DNA of 61,757 nucleotides, filler included, from Choristocarpus tenellus KU-1152 (taxonomy: Eukaryota; Protista; Phaeophyceae), in NCBI GenBank assembly GCA_964200185.2. It is 12 parts of 12 records of this genome, joined end to end, with 100 filler letters (N's around TTAATTAATTAA, not from the genome) between each part and the next. Parts side by side here need not be neighbours in the genome. Positions count along the whole stretch, not along the records: positions 44,526 to 51,443 come from CAXNAD020007065.1; positions 51,544 to 58,196 come from CAXNAD020007645.1; positions 58,297 to 61,757 come from CAXNAD020019879.1; 9 more parts are not named here. The stretch is one strand, 5' to 3'. Position 1 is the stretch's first letter. Each line of letters opens with the position of its first letter. Positions 49,001 to 61,560 of the stretch are shown here, piece after piece. Under the pieces are notes generated by a model. The model saw only the letters and a list, made by a program, of their open reading frames with translations, did not search any database and was not told the origin of the DNA. The position numbers and the translations under genes are program-made.

Positions 49001-51443
49001 TTCCTTTCTGTATTGTAGAAAATACTGAGTGCCTATTACAGAAAATAGTTCTTTTTTGTGTATTCTGCAGCTAATTCACAAATCATTTCCCTGCCCCTCT
49101 TCCCCCCACTCTTTGTTGTCAATACAATCTCTTGCTGTCTGTGCTCTTGATTGTACCTGTATGTGTGATCTGATTCACACTCGTGTATCCACGCACAGCA
49201 CCCTATCACAGTGATACTCCTCATCCCCAATGAAAAGAGGGTGGTGGGAATTGTTGTGGGTCGTCATGGCTTCAGACTTAAAAAGATTCTGGATGTTTCA
49301 CGCTGCTTCATCACTGTGGAAAAGTGAGAAGAGAAAGGAGGAGAAATAAACAGGGCACTGCTCTAGAGTTCTAGAGCCAGCTCTGCGGCGATGCCATAAC
49401 CACAGAAGCTTATATTTGTTTTGATTAGTTGGGTTAGATGAGCAAGAGTTATGTTGAGGTTACCGTGGAAAGGTTGTCATTTTCAGTGTATGCACACAGC
49501 TGAGATTTCTTTGTTTTGTAGTGGCATTTTGTTTTTCTGTAGGCACCAGTTTAACTGATAGTGCTGAATCAATTTGTTCTCTATGACAGGGATACAATTA
49601 TAGGATGAAATTGTGTGAGAGCTACGAACTTTGATGAATATATTTGAAATATTGCTGGGGAGAATGTGTAGGGGATATTGGGGGGCTGAGTGTGTCAATA
49701 TGATGTTAATGGGTATATCAATGTCAGTATAATATGAATAGGTCATACCATTGTTGGTTTGTTTTCTCTCCCTGTTGCACCTGCTGCTGAATTTACTATA
49801 GTCTTTTCTCTCCTTGTGCGTTGTCAACAAATGAGATGAGAAGATAGGACTAACATTGGGTCTGGTAGGTCTGCCTAGCTGCAAGTATGGAAGTTTGTGT
49901 CTTGCGGTGTTGCAGGAATTCAAGGTTTTCCTTTCTAAATCTTTCCCTCTGCATGCCCTTCCTCACCCCCATCCTCCTACAGTGACAACTATTGTGACAA
50001 GGAATCAGGCGTGCGCAAAGTGATCCTGCGGGGGCAGTTGAAGAGCACAATCTTGGCGCAGGTATTGAGGTATTTGTCACCACTTGACTTGTTGACAGAA
50101 TAATATGAACTTGCATTTTTTTTTGTATTTTGGAAAACAAGTAATATGGGTAGAAAGTACTTGATAGTCTTTGTACTCCTGATTTACTTAATATCCCCAC
50201 ACCCTCCCTCGCTTTGCACCTTTCTTTGTTTTTTTACAAATATGTTCTTAATGACCTTGTGTAGCAAATGATCATGGACTTGGTGTGGGAAGAAATGGAC
50301 AGTCCAACAGGCGTCATGCAGTTTATGATCCCAGATGAGGTACGTCCAACTCCTTTGACATCTCATTCAGTGAACAGTGATAGTCATATTTCTCCCTTGA
50401 AGAGTAGAAGTACCCTGACGTTTCTGTGAAGGTTATGAAATATGAAAAAAAGTGCATGAGATGTAAAGGAGGGATGAAATTTCACCTTGTCTATTGCTGT
50501 ACTTGAGGCTCTTTGTCAAACTGACACATCAATATTTGTCTTGAGCAGTGCTGATTATTGTGATTAGCACGATTTATATATACCCCCCACTCTTTCTCTT
50601 GTGTGTGGAATTTTCTTCCTGGTATTAAAGCAACCCTCTCCAAACCCACCTTTTCTCAGCCGGCCTGGCCTGCTCTGATTAGGTCACTCCCCACCTCTCT
50701 ACCTTTCTTTCCCATCCTCTCCTTTCCCATACTGATACTGGGTTCCCATTGATTTTTGCTGGATTTTTCCTACCTTGGCCTTTTTCTCCTTTGAATTTTC
50801 TGTGTGTGTGATTGTATTTTATATGTTGGCTCTGTGTGTGTATGAGTTTGTGTGTCCTACCCTCTTATCTTTCTTCATGTTTCAATAACCACTTTTTTTT
50901 CTCCTGTTTATGAAAATATTGGTAAGGCGTCATCACGTATCATCGGACGCGGGGGAACCTTCATCAAGCAGCTCCAGCGAGATAGTGGGTGCAAGGTGAA
51001 CACCCTCAAGGATGTTGACTTGCGATCAGGCCTCAAAGCCCGAGTCATGAATGTATGTGGCACCAAGACTTCCATGAGTAAGGGGATGTACCTCATCACC
51101 CGCAAAATTGCCAGTCGATGGGAATATGCCCCTGAGTGGGAAGGGGGAGATCCCACGGTTCCACGTGGACAGGGACTGCCAGCTCACCACAAGACTGCTG
51201 CTCTTGCTACAGCCTCAGCTGTACCACCAGAGTTCCTTGCCCATGATGAACGGACAGAACGTTTGCTGGCTGCTGCAGCTGTGACTGCGGCTGCTGCAAA
51301 TACAGCTGCTGTGGAGGGTCAACAGTCAAGGCGCCAGTTGCGTCAGCGGGGATCTAAGGGGGGGGGTAACAGGGGAGTGGCACGGGGTTCAGGCAACAGT
51401 GGGGCCCAGGTGTTGGTAGATGATGACCTTGTTGGTGGGGGAG
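46082..51443 (+). CDS. RNA-binding protein with an RG/RD-rich region and two KH domains (partial, both ends missing)
   Basis: In-phase exons 46082-46153, 47705-48116, 48682-48723, 49199-49323, 49983-50061, 50265-50339 and 50927-end. KH1: VILLIPNEKRVVGIVVGRHGFRLKKILDVSRCFITV...RKVILRG. KH2: FMIPDEASSRIIGRGGTFIKQLQRDSGCKV...RVMNVCGT. Both GxxG loops are intact. Confidence 0.88.
46772..47017. repeat. Perfect 123-bp tandem duplication in an intron
   Basis: Unit tcttgctgtacacaaacag...actctgccacacaa occurs at 46772 and 46895. Confidence 0.95.
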
Positions 51444-51543
51444 NNNNNNNNNNNNNNNNNNNNNNNNNNNNNNNNNNNNNNNNNNNNTTAATTAATTAAN
51501 NNNNNNNNNNNNNNNNNNNNNNNNNNNNNNNNNNNNNNNNNNN

Positions 51544-51606
51544 TTGTTTGACCGAAACGGACGCCCCCTCACAAACCACCCCCCTCCCCCCCAGATACTT
51601 CGAGTC
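51544..51606 (+). mobile_element. MITE type A right end
   Basis: ...ccccccagatacttcgagtc. Confidence 0.75.
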
Positions 51607-51879
51607 ACTCATACCACATCTCTCCTTATTTGAGTGCCATATCCGTGAGTGCAAAGAAACAGCACTCGTTAACCTGGTCAGACTTCACCAGGTCACTCCT
51701 CACGGGCCCTATAAGCTGTCTGATAGAGCACTTTGTAATCCCATTGCTCTGATAAGGTGTTCACCGAGGCAATTTCATCCATCTGATGCCGTGGTTAGTA
51801 GCGAGCATTTATCGGAACTCCACTGATCCCATGTTCTCAGGATCATCCCTGCTGATGCACTTCACTGTAATAACTTCCT

Positions 51880-53390
51880 GAGCCATAAACGCCATAACGA
51901 CCTTGAAGCCCTAGATTTTATATGTTGTACGTCTTGTCTATTTATTTATTTTGTAGTCATTATGAGACTATTCAAAACTCCTACACACTTGTTCGGTCCT
52001 TTTTATGTACCCCAATTAAAGTAAGGAAGTGAATAATTGAAGTGAGAGATACAGCATATTTGATGACATTTCCATTACGGCACTCTCTATGAGCCTCATC
52101 ATCTTCCTAGAGGCTTTTGAATTGGACCTACATATTCCATCATGGTAAGAGCTTGAGGAGCGTTTTTTAACATGGAGGTCCTACATTGTCTCCTCATACC
52201 AGAGAGAATACTTAGCTCACCACACAAAACTGTTGTTAGCTTGGGACGTCCTGGAGTCTCTAGTTTTGTCGACTCCTTTTGACATCCTGGACTCATGTCC
52301 ATTTCCACTTCTTTCAAATTAGGGGGAAAGGGTCTGCATTGTCGCACCTGTAACTCAGATGCCACACCCAACAGACCTTGCGACCATTAGTGAGGGCATT
52401 CACTCTTGTTTGCATCGAAGATCTGCACTCGAGATCGTGGCCTCAGAGTCTCTCTTTAGGATCTTGATGCTATTTGAAAGAGTACAGGTTACCTTACTGC
52501 GAGCACTGGATTGCATCACTAGCTCGTACTCAAGAGAACGGCTTCAGGGTTACAACCTTGAGGCTATGCAAGAGTGCGGGTTGCATTACTTCGTCTACTG
52601 AGTCGCACCAATGATCTGTACCCAAGACCATGACTTCAGAACCTACCTCTGATGAGGGGAAGACCTCGAGATTATGCATGGAGGTGCTGGCAGCGATACG
52701 GTTGTGTGTTCTGCGTATCTCCATTTTCTGTAGAGTGGGTTCCACTTCCTTGCAAACTTACTCTTGTTGTCCGTTGGTGCTCTCTCACTGCTTTTTCGCC
52801 ACTTTCAGGTACAGAAGAAGTAGCCACAAGTTCGATCAGTCTCAACTCAGATTCAAGCGGCTAAGGGAGCACAAGGTGGGCTTCGTATGTGACCCATAGG
52901 TATCCTTGTCAAGAATGTGTGACATGAGGAGAAAGGATACAGACGGGATACTCGGGCTGAGTACCTTGAGAAGAGACGCGAGGAGGACAGGATGAGTCAA
53001 ATATCCAGTCTTCGGGAGCAGTGAGCAAGAGCACACTGGAGATGGCAATAGGAGGGGAGAGATTGCTACAAGTGGATGAGTGGCCCACAAAACCTTACTG
53101 GCTTTGGTTACAATAAGGGGAGAGACATCCTTTACTGTATTTGTACATTTCATTGTTCTTAGGGAGGGAGAGTCTTACGATGACTGTACCCTATTTCTAT
53201 ATTATTGTGAGACATTTTTGTCTGTGTGTATATGTTCATGTTCATAGTTCTTAGGGAGGGAGGGTCTTACTATGGTAGTACCCTATTGCTCTCTTCGTGT
53301 GATTTTGTCTGCATTTCTTTGTATTCATGGTTTTGAAAGGGAGACATTCCTTTTATGACGGGCATTACTTTTGACATTAGTGTGAGAATC
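51880..53390 (+). mobile_element. Copy 2 of the LTR-like dispersed repeat
   Basis: Homologous to 38780-40070. Contains 101/92-bp tandem units at 52425, 52526 and 52618, the purine tract aggaggggagaga followed by TGCTACA at ~53050-53070, and ~93-bp subrepeats. Confidence 0.65.
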
Positions 53391-53456
53391 TGGTGTAGGA
53401 AGTATTCTTGAACGTTGATTCAAATACAGAAGGTGTGCTATGAGATGCGAATGTCG

Positions 53457-53637
53457 GACCCAAAGTATCTGGGGGAGGGGGAGGGGTCTACACCAGGGTG
53501 TCCTTTTAGGTCTTAACCAGGAAAGGTTTACTTACATTATCCATCCGACATAAGCCAACCAAATCACCCAAAAAAATTGATACGAAAAAATTGACCCCAA
53601 ATGGACAGCCGCCACACACCCCCAGATACTTCGAGCC
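53457..53637 (+). mobile_element. MITE type A, complete (181 bp), TSD TCG
   Basis: GACCCAAAGTATCTGGGGG ... CCCCCAGATACTTCGAGCC, flanked by TCG on both sides. Confidence 0.88.
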
Positions 53638-53861
53638 TCGCCCTAGCGTATCTGTCGTCAGGGCAAAAGTTTTTTTTCTCTCCTGGTTTCCTCTTTCGCT
53701 GAATCCCTAAGGCTGCCTACTGATACGTTGGGAGGACCTGGAAGTGATGTTCATTTCGTTTCTGCTACATTCATGATAGGATAAAGAATGGCATTTATTT
53801 CCTTGTCCAATCGCCTGCTCTTCATATTGAAAGCAGCTGTGCTTCATGATGGGGGGGCATG

Positions 53862-54122
53862 GAGCGAAAGTATATTAGAGGGTACGAGGTTTTTCCTGTT
53901 TGTACATTTGGGGCTTGACTTCCTATGGGTTCTTTTATGACATTTCCTACTCCAAAAAATATTTGGAGTAGGTAAAATGTATACGTTATGAAAAGGTGCA
54001 TCCAAAATAAGGACATTGACACTTACTAACAAACACGATATGGCCAAGATTACATCAAAATGGCAACATTGAATTTTGTCCCCCAAATGGACACGGCTGT
54101 ACCCTCTAAGATACCTTGACTC
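53862..54122 (+). mobile_element. MITE type C, complete (261 bp)
   Basis: GAGCGAAAGTATATTAGAGGGTAC ... GTACCCTCTAAGATACCTTGACTC; flanks CATG/CATA. Confidence 0.85.
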
Positions 54123-54211
54123 CATATCATAGGTAAAGGGTCTTAATGGTTATTTCATAAGCCCTATTATGGCTTCTGGACGAGATTCTATATATTGTAC
54201 ATCTTCACTAT

Positions 54212-54816
54212 GACCCCAAAGCATTTAAGAGGGTAGGAGTTCTTTTTAAAAAGAGAACTACTCAATTAGAGTATTTTGCTTTGTGTGGTATTGATATATT
54301 TATTAGCGGAGTGAGCACAGCCCTTGGTGGTGAGGGGTGCTCTCTCTCATTATCTTACACTATGACACTTGTCCTGCGTAGCTAGCTAGTACTATGTCCG
54401 AATTTCCCCATCAGTCCATTTACATCAAGTAATAAGAAATCGATTACTTGAGATTCGAACTCACTACTTCACATACACGACCACACACCAATAACAACTG
54501 TTCTACTTAGCCAACATTCCTGTTGTCTGGTAGTGTTCACTAAACAGATATAAACCATTTAGACTATCAGTCTATATTGCACAGTTCTGACTGTTTGTCC
54601 GCTCGGGGCTTGACTTCCCACGGATTTTGTATGCCCTTTTCTGGTTTTCTGTATGAACACAGTTACCTAGAATGTATACGACTATTAAAGGTGTCTCCAG
54701 AGTAAGGATATTGACACTACTTGCTAACAAACGCGATATCTAAAGTTCATCAAAATCGCAACATTGGATTATTACCCCCAACGGACATGGCTCTATCATC
54801 TCAAATGGTTTGGGTC
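54212..54816 (+). mobile_element. MITE type B carrying a ~345-bp nested insertion
   Basis: GACCCCAAAGCATTTAAGAGGGTAGG, then the insert, then the body resumes at ~54589 (ctgtttgtcc...) and ends ...TCAAATGGTTTGGGTC. Confidence 0.8.
54244..54582 (-). mobile_element. Putative tRNA-derived SINE nested in a MITE
   Basis: Minus-strand A-box-like TTGGCTAAGTAG (54514-54503) and B-box GTTCGAATC (54460-54452), an A-rich 3' end, and a flanking AGTTCT direct repeat (54238-54243 / 54583-54588). Confidence 0.5.
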
Positions 54817-54827
54817 ATCTATTGATT

Positions 54828-55024
54828 ATTTAGTCATTGTGAGACCATTCATAGGTCGTATATGTTTGTTCCGTCCTTTCTGTATACCCAAATCAGAGCA
54901 ATGACGTGAGTTAACAGGGTGAGAGATCCGGTCATTTAATTACATTTCCATTAAGGCGCCCTGCCCTCTACGAGCCCCGTCATCCTCCCATAGGTTTGTG
55001 AATTGAAGCTACATATCCCATCAT
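54828..55024 (+). mobile_element. Fragment (copy 3) of the LTR-like dispersed repeat; host of the 55025 MITE
   Basis: tagtcattgtgagac...acatatcccatcat is homologous to 51955-52143. Confidence 0.65.
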
Positions 55025-55300
55025 GATCCAAAGCATTTCAGAGGGGTAGGGCCGCGTGGGGTCATTAATACAATATTGGGATTTTGATGTAATTTGGCTA
55101 TCGTGTTTGTTAGCAAGAGTCGATATCCTTGCTCAGGATATACCTTTCACAGTCGTGTACATTTTCCCTACTCCGAAATATTTCGGATTAGGTAACTGTG
55201 TCCACTTATAACCGAAAAAAAGGCGTAAGAAAAACGTGGGAAGCCAAGCCCCAATTGGACAAACAGGGGTAATCTCCTACCCTCTGAAATGCTTTGGATC
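55025..55300 (-). mobile_element. MITE type B, complete (276 bp), TSD TCAT, inverted relative to the other copies
   Basis: Near-perfect ~25-bp TIRs GATCCAAAGCATTTCAGAGGG(G)TAGG / CCTACCCTCTGAAATGCTTTGGATC, with TCAT on both sides. Confidence 0.92.
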
Positions 55301-55324
55301 TCATAGAAATCTTGCGGAGCGTTT

Positions 55325-55464
55325 TGTGTCCATTTGGGTCGTAACCAGGAAAAGTACACTAACATTATCCATCCGACGTATGCAACCAAATCACCAAAAA
55401 ATCGCAAGATACAAAAATTGACCCCAAGTGGACAGCCGCCACCCCCTCCCAGATACTTTGAGTC
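55325..55464 (+). mobile_element. MITE type A lacking its left TIR
   Basis: Matches 53498-53637 and ends CCCAGATACTTTGAGTC. Confidence 0.85.
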
Positions 55465-58400
55465 AGTCATCACTCTCTTTATAGAGGATCATTATTTTGT
55501 GAAGAAAGTTGTAGATGTATTGACTCTGAATATATCTCATCCAGTGATATATGGAGTACACTTAATGCAGAGCGAATTCATAGTCTAAATGGGGGGTTGA
55601 TACGAATCAAAGAAAAATAAAAACATACACCACTGTTATTTCTTCTATGAGCAAAAAAAAAGTACTAAGTATAATTCTGAGTCAACTCTGTGTTCACACA
55701 CAGAGGTTGTATGTTGAGGAATATAGAGTACTTTTCCAGGGACTAAGCGTACTATAGTTACACATACTAAAATGGCTAAGTCATAGTCATATACAGGGTG
55801 CAGCGGTACTTGTGTGATCTAGCTGCTGACACCCTCAGCGACCAGTACTAGTGGACGAATCAACACTCAACACTAGTTGGTGGTACTGTACAGTATCTAT
55901 GGTCTAATAAGAGAATAAGTTGCCTATGCTTTAACAGTTAGTGGTTGGACATATGCATTGTACGCGAAAAAGATGAATTATCTAAGTCCCTGCTATTCGC
56001 TCACTGTGGGCGGAGTACGTGGTTGGTATAGCAAAACTATCTGACATTAGGGGAACAACCATCACTAGATAGTTGAAAGAAGGTTCTAGACTCGCTTGCA
56101 AGAGTGGCAGGCGCGTATGACATGGACGGATGCACTAAGCAAAGCACTGCACCAAACCTACATGTGTGTAATAATTAGTGTAATCCTCTGCCTATCACTA
56201 GGGCCCATTCCACGCATGTATGTATGTGATCATGCGCTTGTCGTGTTGCATTACACCTCCACCAGTCGAGGATATATTGCTATTGCTAGCCGGAGGTACC
56301 TTATGTGCGCAAAAGAGGTGCATGGTATGCACGTAGTAGTACAAATATATACGATGATGTAGCATAGCAGCAGCCACAGCAACAGCAGTCAGTACATGGA
56401 TTTGCGTGCCAATGATAGATAGAGATTATTATTTTTTCAAGTCTGACTGCCTACCTATACAAGGACCACGAAACCAGCAATTGGAAGGAAGAAGGACATC
56501 TGTTTCAATATGCTACAAGAATCTGATTCTGAATAATAGTGTAGTAACACCGATCTTAAAGGTGGAGGTAAGGAACACATGTGGGACATTTAATTCATTA
56601 GGGCATTCTCACCAACTTTGGGACTGTAATTATATATTTTGAAAAGGGTTTATGAATAATAGAAGAGTTGTGAGGAGTTACAATAATCCACATAACAACA
56701 ACTTCACACCGCAAATTCGCGCTGTGTACATACATATCTACTCGAGAATACTAAAAATAGATAACTGCTGTATAGCGACACTAGTAGCAGTCACCTCTCA
56801 TCCAAATACATTCCACCTACGAAAGGTTGTCACCGATTCGATGGTTCAACCGTACATACATCTAGAGAGGAAACAGGGAATTGCTGGTGTTCACAACCCT
56901 TACACCACAAGAGTAAGCACTGTTTCAACAGGGCCACAATGATTGTTGCTGTATTAACAAAGTCAATCTCTACTACACAATACACTGGCATATAGGGTGC
57001 ACAACATGACGTACCTCGGTGGTTTGGGCGAAATGTGGTCACATGAAAGGATCACAACATATAAAAGCTACTATATATAATAGTGTAGTCAAAAGAGGAT
57101 AGAGGGGAGTTCAGAGTCGATGGCTTTGTATTCCTGTTGAGCAATCAACTGTAAGATGATAAATAAGAACGAATGATAATCAAACCTTAAATTATCTGAA
57201 CACTTCAAAACTATTATTATTACACTTCTATTGTCATAGTCTTGTACAAATCAAATATTATCCCGTAGAAAAAATGCGCATCTTCTGTTGTCTAAACCGC
57301 ACTCTACAACACCACCTTATCTGCCAATAATAACTATGATGGAATACCCTTCCCTCCTTTCCTCTATACTATTAGTTGTACACTAATATTATAGTAGTAG
57401 TAGAGATTAGGGCATCTTTGTCATTCAGTGGTTAAGGCGAAGATTACCCACTACATAAACTAGTGACTTTGAACCCCTTCAATGCCAAACTCCTCATTTA
57501 CAGAAATCTGGCTTCAATGATGATATCCCACTTCGCATACGTAAGGGATTACCACAATTGTACGTCTATCTGTACTATCCTGTCGTCTGTGCTGTACCAC
57601 CACAAAAAAAGCCGGATCAAGATCAAGGTAGAAAACTTATGGGCCTATCCAGGAGAAGTTTCGAGGGAGGAGAGAGAGCAACAAGGAAGGGGTGGGAGTA
57701 CTGAACCCAGCATGTGAGAACCAAGGCAGGAATGGAGGGAGTACAACTATCAGCTGTAGTTAACAGTAGTTAGTCGGTAGTCAGTGGTATAAGAAGTCAG
57801 GAGTGTGTAGTCCCTCTACCTGTGGATTGGGATCATCCTTGAGTGATGAATGTCTAACAAAAAACAACAAAAAACAAATATATATAAATTCATACAGTAG
57901 GTGCCCCTATTTTGGGCCAAATACTATGAACCAAATCGAAAAATATGCAATTTTGTACCGCTTTTTTCGACATGCTAAAAAAAGGCTTTTGTACCGGAAT
58001 TCTCGTATTCGGGCGATTTGGCACAAAGTCCCAGAGATACTCACGCGAGAGTGGCGCGCGCGGAAAAAAATGTCGCGAAAAGTGCCCTTCTTCCTGAGTC
58101 ATACTATCATACAGCAGTACAGTACGTTGCTGGTAGGGGAATGAAGTGGAAGCCATGCTTTGTGCCGCGGGAAACCTCTCCAAGATGCCTTCAAACNNNN
58201 NNNNNNNNNNNNNNNNNNNNNNNNNNNNNNNNNNNNNNNNTTAATTAATTAANNNNNNNNNNNNNNNNNNNNNNNNNNNNNNNNNNNNNNNNNNNNGCGT
58301 TGCCACTTTGATGGTTTTTGGGGGTGTTTGGTTGGATGTTTTTGAACCAAGCTTTGTGCCACTTTTTTTTTTTTTAAACTATATATTTAATTTTAATTTT

Positions 58401-59094
58401 GTATTGGAGGGTGTTTTGTACTCTGATATTTTTTCTTTTCTATCACCACTGAGTTATGAATGTAGTATTTTTTATTATTTCTTGCGATAGTGGTGAGGGT
58501 TATCATTGACCTTTAGTGGGAATGTCACTAGAAAATAGCCTATGTGTTGCATTGAGCGTTTAGGATGGCTGTCCACCCACCGGAAGATCCCCTGCCCCCG
58601 AAAGCTTATTTGCCACTCCTCTGCCGATTCTAAGCATTTTTTATTTTAATTTTTTCACTTGATTGTTTCTTATTCATTTCCTTTGTGGATTGACTGAGCT
58701 CTCTTCTTAGCGTAGTCGATTTTCGTATTTATCGTATCATAAAGGCTTCTGATTTGTTGAGTCCGTGAAACTAGAACTAATTGAGTTTATCTGTTCAAGA
58801 GATAGTAGAATTCAACCTTACATCCCAAGAGTGTAGTAGGGTTACGGTGTTTTTTTTTTAGGCATTGTAGAATTTATTGCGCTGCACAAGAGAAGGGAAA
58901 GAGAAGGGAAAGAAAAAAAATTAACACACCTCGTTTTTCTACTCATGCTGGTGCAAATTCAGCAATTAATCGAGTTTGCCATTACCTCTTGCAGAGAAGG
59001 ACATACACACCCACATATCATATTACCCACATATCATATTATCCTATTTCTACTCTCGAAGCTCTTTTTTCTTAATACAATGTGCTGTTGTCAG

Positions 59095-59301
59095 GTGGCT
59101 GGAGATAAATTCGACAGTTTTGTTGGTCTAGTTAGCGGTGTTTGCGCTGTCCCACTGGCATTGATATACCCAGTAGCCTTCCACCTTCGCCTTCGAGGGA
59201 ATTGCGATAACCATTGGCAGGCTTTCTTGCATTGGTTTCTGCTGGGGGCGGGGGTGTTTGCTGGGGTGGCATCTTCTGTTGTGGCAATCAAAGCCTTGTG
59301 A
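59095..59301 (+). CDS. Last exon of an amino-acid transporter (Aa_trans / SLC36-38-like)
   Basis: tcag|VAGDKFDSFVGLVSGVCAVPLALIYPVAFHLRL...FLLGAGVFAGVASSVVAIKAL* matches the AAAP-family C-terminal F..F..LVG.....PL..I.P...H motif with two TM helices. Confidence 0.85.
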   Translation: MAGDKFDSFVGLVSGVCAVPLALIYPVAFHLRLRGNCDNHWQAFLHWFLLGAGVFAGVASSVVAIKAL

Positions 59302-59374
59302 AGCATGCTCCATTGAGTGTCTTTCACCCCAAGCACTTGGAAGTAAGTTGGACTTTAGTCCATCCTGCTGATGC

Positions 59375-59377
<3 letters not shown>

Positions 59378-59413
<36 letters not shown>
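59378..59413. repeat. (GT)n microsatellite in the presumed 3' UTR
   Basis: Seen directly in the sequence. Confidence 0.95.
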
Positions 59414-59415
<2 letters not shown>

Positions 59416-60166
59416 CTCGGCCATACCAATACCTAGCCACAACATTAGGAAGGTTTATGTGCAACACCCTTTTTTGAAGGGATGTTGCAGGATTTAATAC
59501 TCTCTTTTTTGGTGTGGTGGTGCTATGTTGGGATTGGAATGACTGCCTGGTGAAGACCAAGGGAGGTGATAGGACACATACGTACGAGGTGAAGGAGGTG
59601 ATAGGATACATACATACTAGGTAAAGGAGGTGGTATGTCCTTACCAAGCAGCTAACAGGTGAAATAATTCTGCAGAATGACCCCCGTCAGTTTGTGTCTT
59701 GCTATTCACTGTAGGGACGTCCTCCCATCACAATTTTGGATACTCTCTTCTTGGAGTTTTGTTTGAGTGGTGGTTAAACTGCTAGATGACATGGACACAG
59801 GTGATGTGTGGGCATGACAGGGCTACTGTTGTTGGAGTAGTTTGTGGTGTGTGGAGACAGCTAGAGCACAGACTCAGGCAAGAAGATTAAACAGTCAGCC
59901 GACAATCTTGATCAAGTTTACGCATACTTTAAGTGCACCATTTGTTATTATATGAGCAGGCATGTAAGCAGATCAACTAAGTGCATTGATTCGAGGGTAG
60001 ACCACCTATGTACAATACTGCAACTTACGTGAGAAGGTAGCGATACTGGATGAACCTGCTAAACACACTGGCCTCCACATTTCGTACTTCGAAGTGGGTG
60101 GGAGGTATTGCAAGTGCTGCAAGTCCCTATTCTGCAACCTTGTTGTCTTTATGTCGTATATTCAGC

Positions 60167-61158
60167 ATCGGTTCCACCGCTTTTGCGGGACGGAAAAAGC
60201 ACCACTTCGAGAAGACATGTATTGCGACTTCGCAGCAAGCAGCGTGGACCGCGTAGATGAATCGGATCTCGGTAAGATTTTGAATCACCTCCTATTATGA
60301 TGATGGCGTTTTGTATTTTGCAAGACCCCCACAAAAAGTGAAGAAATATATGACCTCCCCAACAAACTGCTAAAACTGATGCTGAACGGAGCAACTACTA
60401 TGGAGTAGTTGTTCGGCATTTTTTTCAGTAATGCAATTTGTGAGGAGGTTCTAACTGCATATATTGTTCTACTACACTAGCATAATAAGATTTTTTTTTT
60501 CAGTAATAATCCACCATTACTTGAGACTACTGAGAGAGGAGTGCATGCAGTGTGAATTGTGTATATCGTGTGCACTATATTCTGCAATGCTCCAGAACAT
60601 ATGTCATGGTTTGTAGCGAAGGATGTGAAGACTTGTCCTCTGAGAGCAGAGCATGCATACACACACACACACATATATATATATATATTCTGATCTTGGG
60701 ACAAGACAATCTTCTGTTTGGGCAGGGAAAAATGGGATGCTGTCCACCAAAAACGTAAGTGGACAAACCTGAGCAACGTTGTCTACCCCACAGCAAACAC
60801 GTATTTTGTTGGACGTGAGTCATAAAATTCGATCACCTCTTGCCGCAATCAAAGAGTATTTATTTGGTCCTGAATTGTCTGATATACACATAGTTTCATC
60901 TAATAACACTTCAACGTTCTAAACATAGTAAGTAGTAGTAAAATAACTCGGACATTCTACTATTTTCTGAGTGCATGTTTTGGGGATAGAGAAGATTGAA
61001 GAGAAAGCAACGTGCTGAGTTAACGTTGCACAATAAAGTCCTGTAGATACAACGCGAGACCGTTCCTATCTGAAGTCGGTTCGTCCTCCTCAATCTTGAC
61101 ATACCTCAGATCGCATGGTGCCGCAAAAAGACCTCAAGAGGAGAGGATAACATCGTAG
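60167..61158 (+). CDS. Possible small spliced hypothetical gene (3 exons)
   Basis: Phase-compatible AG/GTAAG-bounded segments ~60167-60270, ~60705-60754 and ~61048-61158 (HRFHRFCGTEKAPLREDMYCDF...|DNLLFGQGKMGCCPPKT|YNARPFLSEVG...). No homolog recognised. Confidence 0.3.
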
Positions 61159-61560
61159 AAAATGGTTCTTCCTTGTCAAGATATTGAGGTCGTCAATATA
61201 CCAAGTGACAATCGTGCATGAGACTGATGCCCTTATAGTATAGTGGTATCACAAAATCTTGACATTCCTCAGCCACATACAGGTATATCATCACCAATAC
61301 TGAGGTACCCAAGTTTTGGCTTTGTGGTATTTTAGGACACTTTTGTTCGTATATATTTTGCTATTCACTCTTACTTGTTTGGATCAAGTGTTAAGATTGA
61401 GTTGAGAGCGTTGATTTCTCTATTGGTTGGAAATCTTTGAGATAATTCAGAAATGTCCCCATCCATAAGCATGTATACAAAATGTCGATTTACACATTTG
61501 TCAGCATCCATAGAAATGAAACCCTGTCTGTGTATGTCTCCTTTACTTTGACTCGCTGAA

